Origin: an uncultured Gammaproteobacteria bacterium
GTDB taxonomy: Bacteria; Pseudomonadota; Gammaproteobacteria; DRLM01
Assembly (NCBI GenBank): GCA_963810615.1
Contig: CAWEOA010000002.1
Coordinates: 7,732-71,731, forward strand
DNA: 64,000 nt
Direction: 5' to 3'
A program made the position numbers and the translations under genes. Under the pieces are notes generated by a model. The model searched no databases. It was given only the letters and a program-made list of their open reading frames with translations, and had not been told where the DNA came from. Below, piece after piece: positions 18,557-27,381 of this stretch (positions within the stretch are counted from its first letter, which is position 1; each line of letters opens with the position of its first letter).

Positions 18557-19124
18557 CCAGGGCGGCGCGTGTATTATCCGGCAGGAGTTCCAGCGCATGT
18601 TGGTAGATGGGGAGATCAATCCCCATTCCGATCACGGCACCCTCCTTGGCGGCCACGACCATTTGCGGGGTGAATTCAAAACGAAGAAAATGAACCGCGG
18701 ACGTCTTTTGCTCGGTGTCGCGCTCCAAATCCTCATCGGCAATGGCATAAATCGGTGAATGCCCAGCGATCTTCACCCATACCCTGTCTTCGATGCCGAT
18801 GAGCTTTTCCAACGCGGTACGGCGCTCATTGATATCGTCGTATTCCAGCATGAAAGTGGCTTTCAAATTGCTCCCATCCGGAATCAATGGATTGTAAGCT
18901 TCCAGCTCCTCATTAATCCCAGCCGCTTCGAAGATCCGTTCTGCGCGTAACATTTCCTGCACCTGATACTGGATGGTAAGCTTGTCCTCGAAATACAGGG
19001 TGGCGTGGGGGCCCAGTTCTACGCGGCGATCTTTCTTATGCGCCATAACCTTGTCGCGAAATGCGGAACGCTGCTCGGCATATTGCTCGAGAGAATAGAG
19101 ATCAGCGCGCGTCAGTTTATGCAT
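18540..19124 (-). CDS. DUF3501-family protein.
   Basis: This 194-aa protein is the third gene of the rubrerythrin/Fe-S oxidoreductase operon. The sequence has no catalytic motifs I can name. The family assignment comes from overall similarity recalled for proteins co-located with HdrD-like genes. Confidence 0.6.
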   Translation of the reverse strand: MHKLTRADLYSLEQYAEQRSAFRDKVMAHKKDRRVELGPHATLYFEDKLTIQYQVQEMLRAERIFEAAGINEELEAYNPLIPDGSNLKATFMLEYDDINERRTALEKLIGIEDRVWVKIAGHSPIYAIADEDLERDTEQKTSAVHFLRFEFTPQMVVAAKEGAVIGMGIDLPIYQHALELLPDNTRAALVKDLD

Positions 19125-19148
19125 GATTCTCTCCTAATTCGATTGCGG

Positions 19149-20498
19149 TTAAATGCCGTAGGCCAGCCGCAACAGCGATAGAGGATGGATGGGCTCGCTG
19201 CCGTCGCGCAGACCGTTCTCAATTTGATGGCCGGCCATCGGACAATCGCTGCTGTAATGGTCGGCCTCGCTCTTTTGCACACGATTGAATACCGGCGTGC
19301 CGATCTTCATGGACGTTTCGTGATACTCGCTTTTTACCGCATAGGTACCATTATGACCGGAGCAGCGCTCGATGGGTTCCACCTGCGTCTCGGGAATCAG
19401 ATTCAACACATCGCGAGTCTTGAGACCTATATTTTGGACTCGAAGGTGACAGGCTACGTGATAGGCGATCTTACCAAGAGGCTTTTTAAATTCGGTCTTG
19501 AACTCACCGGCCTTGTGGCGCAGGGCCAAGTATTCAAAGGGATCGAATATCGAATCGCGCACCTTGGCAACCTGCGGATCATCGGGAAACATCAAAGGCA
19601 GTTCCTGCTTAAACATTAATACGCAGGACGGAACGGGCGCCACGATGTCATAACCTTCATCCACATATTTGGCCAGCAGCGAAATATTGTGCGTCTTGAG
19701 TTCCTCTGTCGCCGCGAGGTCGCCCAACTCCAGCTTGGGCATGCCGCAGCAGCGGGTGTTCTCCACCAGGGTTACCGGTATGCCGTTGTGCTCGAACACC
19801 GCAACCAGATCTTCGCCGATATGCGGTTCATTATAGTTACCGTAGCAGGTACCGAATAATGCCACCTTGCCCTGCGTAGCGTCGGTAGGCACGGCAGTCA
19901 ATCCCCCTTGCCCATGTCCCGCCAAACGTTTTTCCAGGGTGCGATTATGGTAGGACGGCAACAGCGCCTCGGGATGCACACCGAGCACTTTGTCCATTAC
20001 CTTGCGCGCCGTCTTATTCTTGTTGACGGCGTTGACAACTTCAACGACGACCGGAATACCCGCCAGTTTTCCTACCATATCGGTAGAGGTAAGCAATTTA
20101 TCGCGAGCCTTTACATCCCCCTTCTTGAACTTCACCGCCTTGGCCCGCAACATCAGATGCGGAAAATCCACATTCCACGGGTGCGGCGGCACATAGGGGC
20201 ACTTGGTCATGTAGCACATATCGCATAGATAACATTGATCCACGACCTCCCAATACACCCGCTGTTTATCGACACTGTCCAGTTCCATGGTTTCGGAAGC
20301 ATCGATGGCGTCAAACAAGGTGGGGAAGGAATTACACAGGCTGAAGCAGCGCCGGCAACCATGACAAATGTCATAGACACGGTCGAGCTCTTTGAATAGC
20401 GACGCTTCCTCGTAAAACTGCGGGTTGTGCCAATCCAATGGATGGCGGGTGGGGGCATCTAAGCTGCCTTCACGCTGACCAGTAGGTATCTCTGACAT
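19149..20498 (-). CDS. Heterodisulfide-reductase-like (HdrD/GlpC-type) iron-sulfur oxidoreductase with two CCG domains.
   Basis: The N-terminal ferredoxin-like Cys clusters are CHGCRRCFSLC and CYLCDMCYMTKCP. The C-terminal cysteine-rich CCG motifs are GTCYGNY...CCGMP and VPSCVLMF...VACHL. Confidence 0.8.
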   Translation of the reverse strand: MSEIPTGQREGSLDAPTRHPLDWHNPQFYEEASLFKELDRVYDICHGCRRCFSLCNSFPTLFDAIDASETMELDSVDKQRVYWEVVDQCYLCDMCYMTKCPYVPPHPWNVDFPHLMLRAKAVKFKKGDVKARDKLLTSTDMVGKLAGIPVVVEVVNAVNKNKTARKVMDKVLGVHPEALLPSYHNRTLEKRLAGHGQGGLTAVPTDATQGKVALFGTCYGNYNEPHIGEDLVAVFEHNGIPVTLVENTRCCGMPKLELGDLAATEELKTHNISLLAKYVDEGYDIVAPVPSCVLMFKQELPLMFPDDPQVAKVRDSIFDPFEYLALRHKAGEFKTEFKKPLGKIAYHVACHLRVQNIGLKTRDVLNLIPETQVEPIERCSGHNGTYAVKSEYHETSMKIGTPVFNRVQKSEADHYSSDCPMAGHQIENGLRDGSEPIHPLSLLRLAYGI

Positions 20499-20585
20499 AG
20501 GTTTCCCTTGTCAATGGGGGACAAAATTAAGAATTGAGATCAAGGGGGCGCCGGGATACTCCCGACGCCCATCATCTAAGGAAGT

Positions 20586-21005
20586 TTAGCTGCCCAGGCT
20601 ATCCAAGGCCTTTTGGAAGCGATTGGCGTGTGAACGCTCTGCCTTGGCCAGGGTCTCGAACCAATCGGCGATTTCGTCGAAGCCCTCATCTCGTGCCGCC
20701 TTAGCCATGCCAGGATACATATCGGTGTACTCATGGGTTTCACCGGCAATGGCCGCCTTGAGGTTTAGCGAAGTCTCACCGATGGGCAGACCGGTTGCCG
20801 GATCACCCACTTCTTCCAAGTATTCCAGGTGACCATGGGCATGACCGGTTTCACCTTCTGCCGTGGAACGAAATACCGTCGCCACATCGTTGTAGCCTTC
20901 CACATCCGCCTTGGCGGCGAAATACAGATAACGGCGATTTGCCTGGGATTCACCGGCAAATGCGTCCTTCAGATTCTTTTCGGTTTTGCTGTCTTTAAGT
21001 GCCAT
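20586..21005 (-). CDS. Rubrerythrin-family (ferritin-like diiron) protein.
   Basis: The start [26 protein letters not shown] follows an AGGAGG ribosome-binding site. The E..H diiron ligand pairs ([15 protein letters not shown]) are present. No rubredoxin-like C-terminal CxxC domain is seen. Confidence 0.85.
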   Translation of the reverse strand: MALKDSKTEKNLKDAFAGESQANRRYLYFAAKADVEGYNDVATVFRSTAEGETGHAHGHLEYLEEVGDPATGLPIGETSLNLKAAIAGETHEYTDMYPGMAKAARDEGFDEIADWFETLAKAERSHANRFQKALDSLGS

Positions 21006-21211
21006 TACTATTCCTCCGTCTAGGTTATATCCGTTCAGCCCCACAGGGGCCAACACCATCTTAGACTTAGTCTAAATCTAGGGAGTAACTTTAAACTACC
21101 GATACTTATCCTGTCAACTATGGGAATGATTCGCCTTAATCTCCCTCTGTTGCGTTGACCATTTTTCAACCCTGCGCTAACGTGTGCCGCTTCGCAACAG
21201 GAGTCGTGGCC

Positions 21212-21448
21212 TTGGCAAAAAAGAAACCCCCGGTTGACTTTGAAAGTGCCCTGAAAGAATTGGAATCTCTGGTGGAAAAGATGGAGCATGAGGATATCCG
21301 CCTGGAAGATTCACTGCAACATTTCGAGCGCGGCATCGAACTGACCCGGCATTGTCAACAAGCCTTACAGGAAGCCGAGCAAAAGGTGCAAGTCCTCCTC
21401 GAAAAGAACAAACACGCCGAGCTCAAGCCACTCAGCGATGAAGAATGA
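21212..21448 (+). CDS. xseB: Exodeoxyribonuclease VII small subunit.
   Basis: The 78-aa protein reads AKKKPPVDFESALKELESLVEKMEHEDIRLEDSLQHFERGIELTRHCQQAL, which aligns with E. coli XseB. A TTG start sits 8 nt after an AGGAG ribosome-binding site. The 4-nt overlap with ispA matches the conserved xseB-ispA-dxs operon. Confidence 0.8.
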   Translation: MAKKKPPVDFESALKELESLVEKMEHEDIRLEDSLQHFERGIELTRHCQQALQEAEQKVQVLLEKNKHAELKPLSDEE

Positions 21449-22346
21449 TACCGTCGCCGGCCTGCAAGCCTTGATGCCGGACTGGCAGTCCAGAGTGGAA
21501 CGCGCCCTGGATCATTGGCTGCCCGGTGCCGCTCTTCATCCGACCCGACTCCATGAGGCCATGCGCTACACCGTCCTTGGCGGCGGCAAGCGGGTACGGC
21601 CCATCTTGGTCTACGCCACCGGCACGGCCTTGGGGATAAGCATGGATGCCTTGGACGGAGCGGCCTGCGCGGTGGAGCTCATTCACGCCTACTCCTTGAT
21701 CCATGATGACCTGCCCGCTATGGATAATGATGATCTGCGGCGTGGCAAACCCAGCTGTCACCGCGCCTTTGATGAGGCAACGGCGATCCTGGCCGGCGAT
21801 GCCTTGCATACCCTGGCATTTTACATCCTCAGCCACGACTCCGCCGTGCAAGCTGGAGCCGAGGCGCGCCTTACCATGATAGAGACCCTGGCGCTTGCCG
21901 CCGGTTCCCGCGGCATGGTGGGCGGACAGGCCATCGATTTGGCCGCGGTCGGCCGCGCCCTGGATATCGCTGAGCTGGAAGACATGCATATCCACAAAAC
22001 CGGCGCCCTGATCCGCGCCGCAGTCAGATTGGCCGCACTGGCCGCACCGGAGCGGGATGACGATACGCTGCACCGGCTCGACCACTACGCCAAATGTGTG
22101 GGCCTGGCCTTCCAGATCCGCGACGATATCTTGGATATCGAAGGTGACGTCGCACTGCTGGGCAAGCGCCAGGGTGCGGACCTGGCGCTGAATAAACCCA
22201 CCTACCCCGCACTGCTGGGACTGGATGAGGCCAAAAACCGGGCACGCCAGCTCCATGAAGAAGCCCTCGCCAGTCTGGCGGCCCTGGATGAACGGGCGGA
22301 ACCGTTGCGCGGCTTGTCTCACTATATCGTGGACCGCACACACTAA
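21438..22346 (+). CDS. ispA: Farnesyl diphosphate synthase (geranyltranstransferase).
   Basis: The first DDxxD motif is [19 protein letters not shown] and the second is FQIRDDILD. It has the typical short-chain prenyltransferase length. Confidence 0.9.
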   Translation: MKNDTVAGLQALMPDWQSRVERALDHWLPGAALHPTRLHEAMRYTVLGGGKRVRPILVYATGTALGISMDALDGAACAVELIHAYSLIHDDLPAMDNDDLRRGKPSCHRAFDEATAILAGDALHTLAFYILSHDSAVQAGAEARLTMIETLALAAGSRGMVGGQAIDLAAVGRALDIAELEDMHIHKTGALIRAAVRLAALAAPERDDDTLHRLDHYAKCVGLAFQIRDDILDIEGDVALLGKRQGADLALNKPTYPALLGLDEAKNRARQLHEEALASLAALDERAEPLRGLSHYIVDRTH

Positions 22347-22422
22347 AGCCGGCGCTCCCCTTGCATGTCATCGCGCGTCATCCCATAATTCAGGGCTTTC
22401 TTCCCGCTCTTTGCCCTGGATC

Positions 22423-24324
22423 ATGATTACTCACGGCCACTTCCCGCTACTCGACACCATCGCCTCTCCCAAGGAGTTGCGCCTGTTGCCCGAGCGCCAG
22501 CTGTTGGAGCTCGCCGTGGAGATGCGCCAATTTTTGCTGGAATCCGTGGGCCGCACCGGCGGCCATCTCGCGGCCAACCTGGGGACCGTGGAACTGGCCA
22601 TCGCCCTGCACTACGTGTACAACACCCCTGAAGATCGCCTGGTGTGGGATGTGGGCCACCAGAGCTACACCCACAAAATCCTCACCGGCCGTCGCGAGCG
22701 CATGGCCGGCTTGCGGCAAAAAGACGGCATAGCGGGCTTCCCGAAACGGGATGAAAGCCCTTTCGATGCCTTCGGCGTGGGGCACTCCAGCACCTCGGTG
22801 AGCGCGGCACTGGGCATGGCCATCGCGGCGCAGCGCGAAGCCAAGGGGCGCAAGGTCGCCGCCATCATCGGTGACGGCGCCATGACGGCGGGTATGGCCT
22901 TCGAGGCCCTCAATCACGCCGGCGACCTGCATACCGATCTGCTGGTGATCCTCAACGACAACGATATGTCCATCTCGCCCAATGTGGGCGGGCTGTCCAA
23001 TCATCTGGCGCGCGCCCTGTCCGGCAAACTCTATGTAACCATGCGCGAACAGGGCAAGAAGGTTTTGAAGAACATGCCGCCGGTATGGGAGTTGGCGCGC
23101 CGCGCCGAGGAACACGTCAAGGGCATGGTGATCCCGGGGACCCTGTTCGAGGAGCTGGGCTTCAATTACATCGGCCCCATCGACGGCCATGATCTGCCGA
23201 CCCTGGTGAAGACCCTGCGTAATCTGCGCGCCCTGAAAGGGCCGCAATTCCTGCACATCGTAACCAAGAAGGGTAAAGGCTATCAGCCCGCCGAGGACAA
23301 CCCCTGCGGCTATCACGGGGTCTCCGCCTTCGACCATCGCACCGGCACCATGCCCGCAGGCAAGACCACGCTCCCCACTTACACCGAAGTGTTCGGCCAA
23401 TGGCTGTGCGACATGGCCGGCCACGACGATCGCCTTGTCGCCATCACCCCGGCGATGCGCGAAGGCTCCGGCCTGGTGGCCTATTCGGAGCACTACCCCG
23501 ATCGCTATTTCGATGTGGGTATCGCCGAGCAACACGCCGTCACCCTGGCGGCGGGCATGGCCTGCGACGGCTTGAAACCGGTAGTGGCCATCTATTCCAC
23601 GTTTTTGCAGCGCGGCTATGACCAATTGATCCACGACGTGGCCATCCAGAATCTACCGGTGATGTTTGCCATCGACCGCGCGGGTCTGGTGGGTCCGGAC
23701 GGCCCCACCCACGCCGGCAGCTTTGACTTCAGTTTCCTACGCTGCATTCCCAATATGGTCGTGATGGCCCCCGCCGATGAAAACGAATGCCGGCAGATGT
23801 TGTATACCGCCTTTACCTTGAACCAACCGACGGCGGTGCGCTATCCGCGCGGCACCGGCCCCGGCGTACCCGTGCAAAAGGCCCTCTCCACCATCCCGGT
23901 CGGCAAGGCGGATGTCCTGCGCGAGGGACACACGGTGGCCATTCTGGCCTTCGGCAGCATGGTCCAGCCGGCCCTGGAGGCGGGAGAACGCCTGGGGGCC
24001 ACCGTGGTCAACATGCGCTTTGTAAAGCCGCTGGATGCGGAGTTAGTGACCCGCCTTGCCGGCGATCATGCCTTGTTGGTCACAGTCGAAGAGAACGTCG
24101 TGATGGGCGGCGCGGGCAGCGCCGTAGGCGAATGCCTTGCCACCCACAATTTATCCACTTCCATCATCCACATAGGCCTGCCTGACCGGTTTGTGGAACA
24201 AGGCGGGCGCGAGGAATTACTGACGGAATGCGGGCTGACGGCAGAGGGTATCCTGCGCCGGATTAGCAGCCATGCCCGCCAGATCTCCCCGCAGAAAACC
24301 GCCGCGAAGATCAACTCCTACTGA
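22423..24324 (+). CDS. dxs: 1-deoxy-D-xylulose-5-phosphate synthase.
   Basis: It is collinear with E. coli Dxs, matching ELRLLP, GHxSTS, the [13 protein letters not shown] thiamine-diphosphate motif and [14 protein letters not shown]. The start is [13 protein letters not shown]. The N-terminal extension of the ORF track overlaps ispA and was rejected. Confidence 0.95.
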   Translation: MITHGHFPLLDTIASPKELRLLPERQLLELAVEMRQFLLESVGRTGGHLAANLGTVELAIALHYVYNTPEDRLVWDVGHQSYTHKILTGRRERMAGLRQKDGIAGFPKRDESPFDAFGVGHSSTSVSAALGMAIAAQREAKGRKVAAIIGDGAMTAGMAFEALNHAGDLHTDLLVILNDNDMSISPNVGGLSNHLARALSGKLYVTMREQGKKVLKNMPPVWELARRAEEHVKGMVIPGTLFEELGFNYIGPIDGHDLPTLVKTLRNLRALKGPQFLHIVTKKGKGYQPAEDNPCGYHGVSAFDHRTGTMPAGKTTLPTYTEVFGQWLCDMAGHDDRLVAITPAMREGSGLVAYSEHYPDRYFDVGIAEQHAVTLAAGMACDGLKPVVAIYSTFLQRGYDQLIHDVAIQNLPVMFAIDRAGLVGPDGPTHAGSFDFSFLRCIPNMVVMAPADENECRQMLYTAFTLNQPTAVRYPRGTGPGVPVQKALSTIPVGKADVLREGHTVAILAFGSMVQPALEAGERLGATVVNMRFVKPLDAELVTRLAGDHALLVTVEENVVMGGAGSAVGECLATHNLSTSIIHIGLPDRFVEQGGREELLTECGLTAEGILRRISSHARQISPQKTAAKINSY

Positions 24325-24347
24325 TTTAGTTTATAATTGGCGGCTGC

Positions 24348-24729
24348 CATGGCTTCTAAATACACACTCAAGGTCGTTACCGACTTCGCCGCCGCTCATG
24401 CCCTGCGCGACTATACGGGGGAATGCAGCCAATTACACGGCCACAACTGGAAGGTGGAGGTGGAGCTTATCGCGACATCCCTAGACCAGGCGGGCATGGG
24501 CATCGATTTCAAGGTGATAAGGACTCACACCAAGGAGGTCCTGAACCGCTTGGACCATCGCCACCTCAATGAGATCAAACCTTTTGATACCATCAATCCT
24601 ACGGCCGAAAATATCGCGGCCTATATATACCGGCAATTGTCCGACTACTTGAACGGACCGCGCACTCAAGTGGGGTCCGTCACCCTCTGGGAAACCGAGC
24701 GGGCCTGCGTCCGGTATACGGAGGAATGA
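24348..24729 (+). CDS. queD: 6-carboxy-5,6,7,8-tetrahydropterin synthase / 6-pyruvoyl-tetrahydropterin synthase family protein (QueD-like).
   Basis: This 127-aa protein has the CxxxHGH zinc motif ([10 protein letters not shown]) and the catalytic-region pattern [12 protein letters not shown]. The ATG at 24348 follows a TTG and is used in the ORF track. Confidence 0.8.
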
Positions 24730-24734
24730 TCAGC

Positions 24735-25535
24735 ATGACGCCAGTCACCGCCTCGATTGTCGACGTCCAGGGCAGCCCCGATACGCGCCGCCTGGCTATC
24801 GACAAGGTCGGCATCAAGGATATTCGCCATCCCGTGGCCATCCAGAGTCGCGATGGCCACGCACAGCATACCGTGGGTAATTTCAGTTTATACGTGGATC
24901 TTCCGCATGATAGACGCGGCACCCACATGTCGCGTTTCGTTGAGATCCTCAACAGCCATGAGGAAGCGCTGTCTCTGAGCAGCCTCACAAGATTGCTGAC
25001 CACAATCAGCACCACCCTGGACAGCGACAACGCCTATCTGGAGGTGAAGTTTCCCTACTTCGTCGCCAAACAGGCTCCCATCTCCAAGGTAAGCAGCTTG
25101 TTGGATTATGACGTCACCCTTTTAGGAGAAAAGCGCGGAGATGCCGTTACGGTTACCGTCAGGGTTTTGGTCCCGGTCACCAGCCTGTGCCCGTGCTCGA
25201 AACAGATATCGGACTATGGCGCCCATAATCAGCGCTCCCACATCACGCTAAGTGCATCGATAGACGGAGAAATATGGATAGAAGACCTCATAACCACCGT
25301 TGAAAATGAGGCCTCCTGTCAAATCTACGGCCTGATCAAGCGTCCGGATGAAAAATTCATCACCGAACACGCCTACGATAACCCCAAATTCGTCGAGGAC
25401 CTGGTACGAGATATCGCCGCACGCTTGAACACCGATGAGCGGATACGTGCTTACACCATTGAGTCGGAAAATTTCGAATCCATTCACAATCATTCGGCTT
25501 ATGCGCTTATTAGCCGTGACAAGACCGGGGTTTAA
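24735..25535 (+). CDS. folE2: GTP cyclohydrolase FolE2 (type IB, MptA/FolE2 family).
   Basis: It has the FolE2 signatures [17 protein letters not shown] and [18 protein letters not shown]. The ATG at 24735 is 9 nt after a GGAGGA ribosome-binding site. Confidence 0.85.
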   Translation: MTPVTASIVDVQGSPDTRRLAIDKVGIKDIRHPVAIQSRDGHAQHTVGNFSLYVDLPHDRRGTHMSRFVEILNSHEEALSLSSLTRLLTTISTTLDSDNAYLEVKFPYFVAKQAPISKVSSLLDYDVTLLGEKRGDAVTVTVRVLVPVTSLCPCSKQISDYGAHNQRSHITLSASIDGEIWIEDLITTVENEASCQIYGLIKRPDEKFITEHAYDNPKFVEDLVRDIAARLNTDERIRAYTIESENFESIHNHSAYALISRDKTGV

Positions 25536-25825
25536 TCATTACCTACAGCTTAAATGAATCAGCATTTATTAATACTTAAGCTGCCTTTTCTATTCAAGTT
25601 TTTCCAATAACCGCCGCTACACTTCCCAGCACAGGGAATACAGCGACCAAGCCACATCCCTGCCGATATTTAGGCGTGCGCCCTCACTCGAGCGCATGAT
25701 GCGGGCGGGTTTGGCTGAGATCAACTCTGCTCCACAATTTGAGCAGCGGATATGAGCTATGGGGAAATAAAATCTTTGGCGACACGGACAATAGCCACTC
25801 TTAAGTCACCCGTAGAGAATTACGC

Positions 25826-26926
25826 ATGAATCTATTCCGCCGATACCACGCTCCCCCGCAATCGGGCTTCCTGCGACTGCGCATAGTCGCCGCGATACTG
25901 ATGATAGCGCCCTATTTGGCAACGGCCAGCTCGAACTATGAAAGCGAATTCATTCCATTCCCGGAAGTAACCCTTCATTACTACGATAGAGACGTCCCTC
26001 CTGCGCAACAACATGGGTCAGCTCCTTTGGTGGACTTCTTTTACACCGCACAATATAACAATTGGCGAGTGTTGAGCGAATTTCTCGTCAGCAGCGACGA
26101 ACGCGACTTGGAACGCCTGATTGTCGGGAGGATAGGTCCGAATGGCCGCCAATTCTGGTTAGGGCGCAACCACACCGATCTGGATCAATGGAACCGCCTC
26201 TTCCATCGAGAAACCTATCTGCAAACCACTATTCATCGCCCCGGGATTATCGAATTCGAAGATGACGGCGGCGTGCTGCCCGCTCACATTACCGGCCTGT
26301 CAATGGAAGACAACAAGACCATCGGCGGACACAGCTTGAATTACAGAGTCAGTATTGGCTTGGGCCCCACACTGAAACAGCAGCACTTGGTCCCATATGA
26401 CCTTCTCAAACTCAACCAGGATTCAAATGCTTTGGCTCTCACGGCCATTATCTCCGATCAAACTGCGGGTGACAGCTTCAAAGACAGCGGGTTATTTTTT
26501 GGACACGCCATTATTCCCTCACAGACCGGCAATATCCTGAAAATCAAACAGACGGCATTGGGCGCCTATACAAACTACAGCACCGGCTCCGCGATGATAT
26601 GGCGGGCGTCGGCCTTTTATGTCGAGGATGATATGGACTTGGCGGGCGGCACCAACAAGAACTCATCATTCGTCTATGCCTATCTTCAACCGGAATACAA
26701 TCTCAACGCAACGTGGACCCTCTATGGACGGGTGGAGGGAAATTCCGGGGCCAACAACGATCTTTATGTTCAGCAGATCCCTTCATTTATCTGCGAACGC
26801 ACCCTGGTCGGCACACGCTATCAAATGCAAGACAGCCAGGTTATCAAATTTGAGCTGGCCAAACTGCAACAATATGGAGAACACTTTCTAGCCGCGGAAG
26901 TACAATGGAGCGCGGCATTCCCATGA
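25826..26926 (+). CDS. Secreted beta-strand-rich protein of unknown function. It may be an outer-membrane beta-barrel.
   Basis: The signal peptide is MNLFRRYH...IVAAILMIAPYLATA. Alternating hydrophobic stretches (TWTLYGRVEG, TLVGTRYQMQ, VIKFELAKL, HFLAAEVQW) suggest amphipathic beta-strands. There is no recognisable family motif. It overlaps the next gene's start. Confidence 0.55.
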   Translation: MNLFRRYHAPPQSGFLRLRIVAAILMIAPYLATASSNYESEFIPFPEVTLHYYDRDVPPAQQHGSAPLVDFFYTAQYNNWRVLSEFLVSSDERDLERLIVGRIGPNGRQFWLGRNHTDLDQWNRLFHRETYLQTTIHRPGIIEFEDDGGVLPAHITGLSMEDNKTIGGHSLNYRVSIGLGPTLKQQHLVPYDLLKLNQDSNALALTAIISDQTAGDSFKDSGLFFGHAIIPSQTGNILKIKQTALGAYTNYSTGSAMIWRASAFYVEDDMDLAGGTNKNSSFVYAYLQPEYNLNATWTLYGRVEGNSGANNDLYVQQIPSFICERTLVGTRYQMQDSQVIKFELAKLQQYGEHFLAAEVQWSAAFP

Positions 26927-27381
26927 AGTACCGGCACACCATAGCCACGCTCTTAATGCTGCTGCTTAGCACTCCTAGCCTGGCGGCCAACGATAACAAC
27001 CGCCATCTGGTCCTGGTTACGGACACGGCCACGGGCATAACGGCTCTCTCGACAAGTGAAATTCACAAATTATTTCTCGGCTTACCCCTCGAGAAAGCAG
27101 GCCACCCGCTGGAAGCCGCCATAAATCATAGCGACCCATTCCTGTATGAGATCTTCCTGCAAAAGATCGTCTACATGTCATCCATCTCATACGACCGACA
27201 TCTCTTATCAAACGTAATCCAACTCGGCGGCCGGCGCCCCCGGATATTCAATAACACGCAATCATTGATAAATGCTCTAAAACAGAAGCCGGGCACTGTC
27301 AGCGTGTTATGGGAGGACGATATACAAACCACATCCGACCTTACTATCATCGGGGAAATATGGCACGGCACAATAGAATAA
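26905..27381 (+). CDS. Small periplasmic protein of unknown function (about 130 aa mature). It shows weak resemblance to a periplasmic-binding-protein-like fragment.
   Basis: The signal peptide is MKYRHTIATLLMLLLSTPSLAAN (the ATG at 26923 is an alternative start). The motif LSTSEIHKLFLG recalls PstS/PBP-like_2 proteins, but the protein is too short for a full fold. It overlaps both neighbouring genes. Confidence 0.55.
   Translation: MERGIPMKYRHTIATLLMLLLSTPSLAANDNNRHLVLVTDTATGITALSTSEIHKLFLGLPLEKAGHPLEAAINHSDPFLYEIFLQKIVYMSSISYDRHLLSNVIQLGGRRPRIFNNTQSLINALKQKPGTVSVLWEDDIQTTSDLTIIGEIWHGTIE

Noticed and set aside
21432-23634. Long minus-strand ORFs (303 aa and 395 aa) opposite ispA and dxs.
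   Set aside because: They lie antisense to collinear, motif-rich ispA and dxs. They have no recognisable domains and a skewed Gly/Ala/Arg composition.
25536-25600. The AT-rich inverted repeat CAGCTTAA...TTAAGCTG after folE2, as a possible terminator.
   Set aside because: The stem is AT-rich and the loop is large (about 22 nt). A T-rich run follows, but the structure is too weak to call a terminator with confidence.
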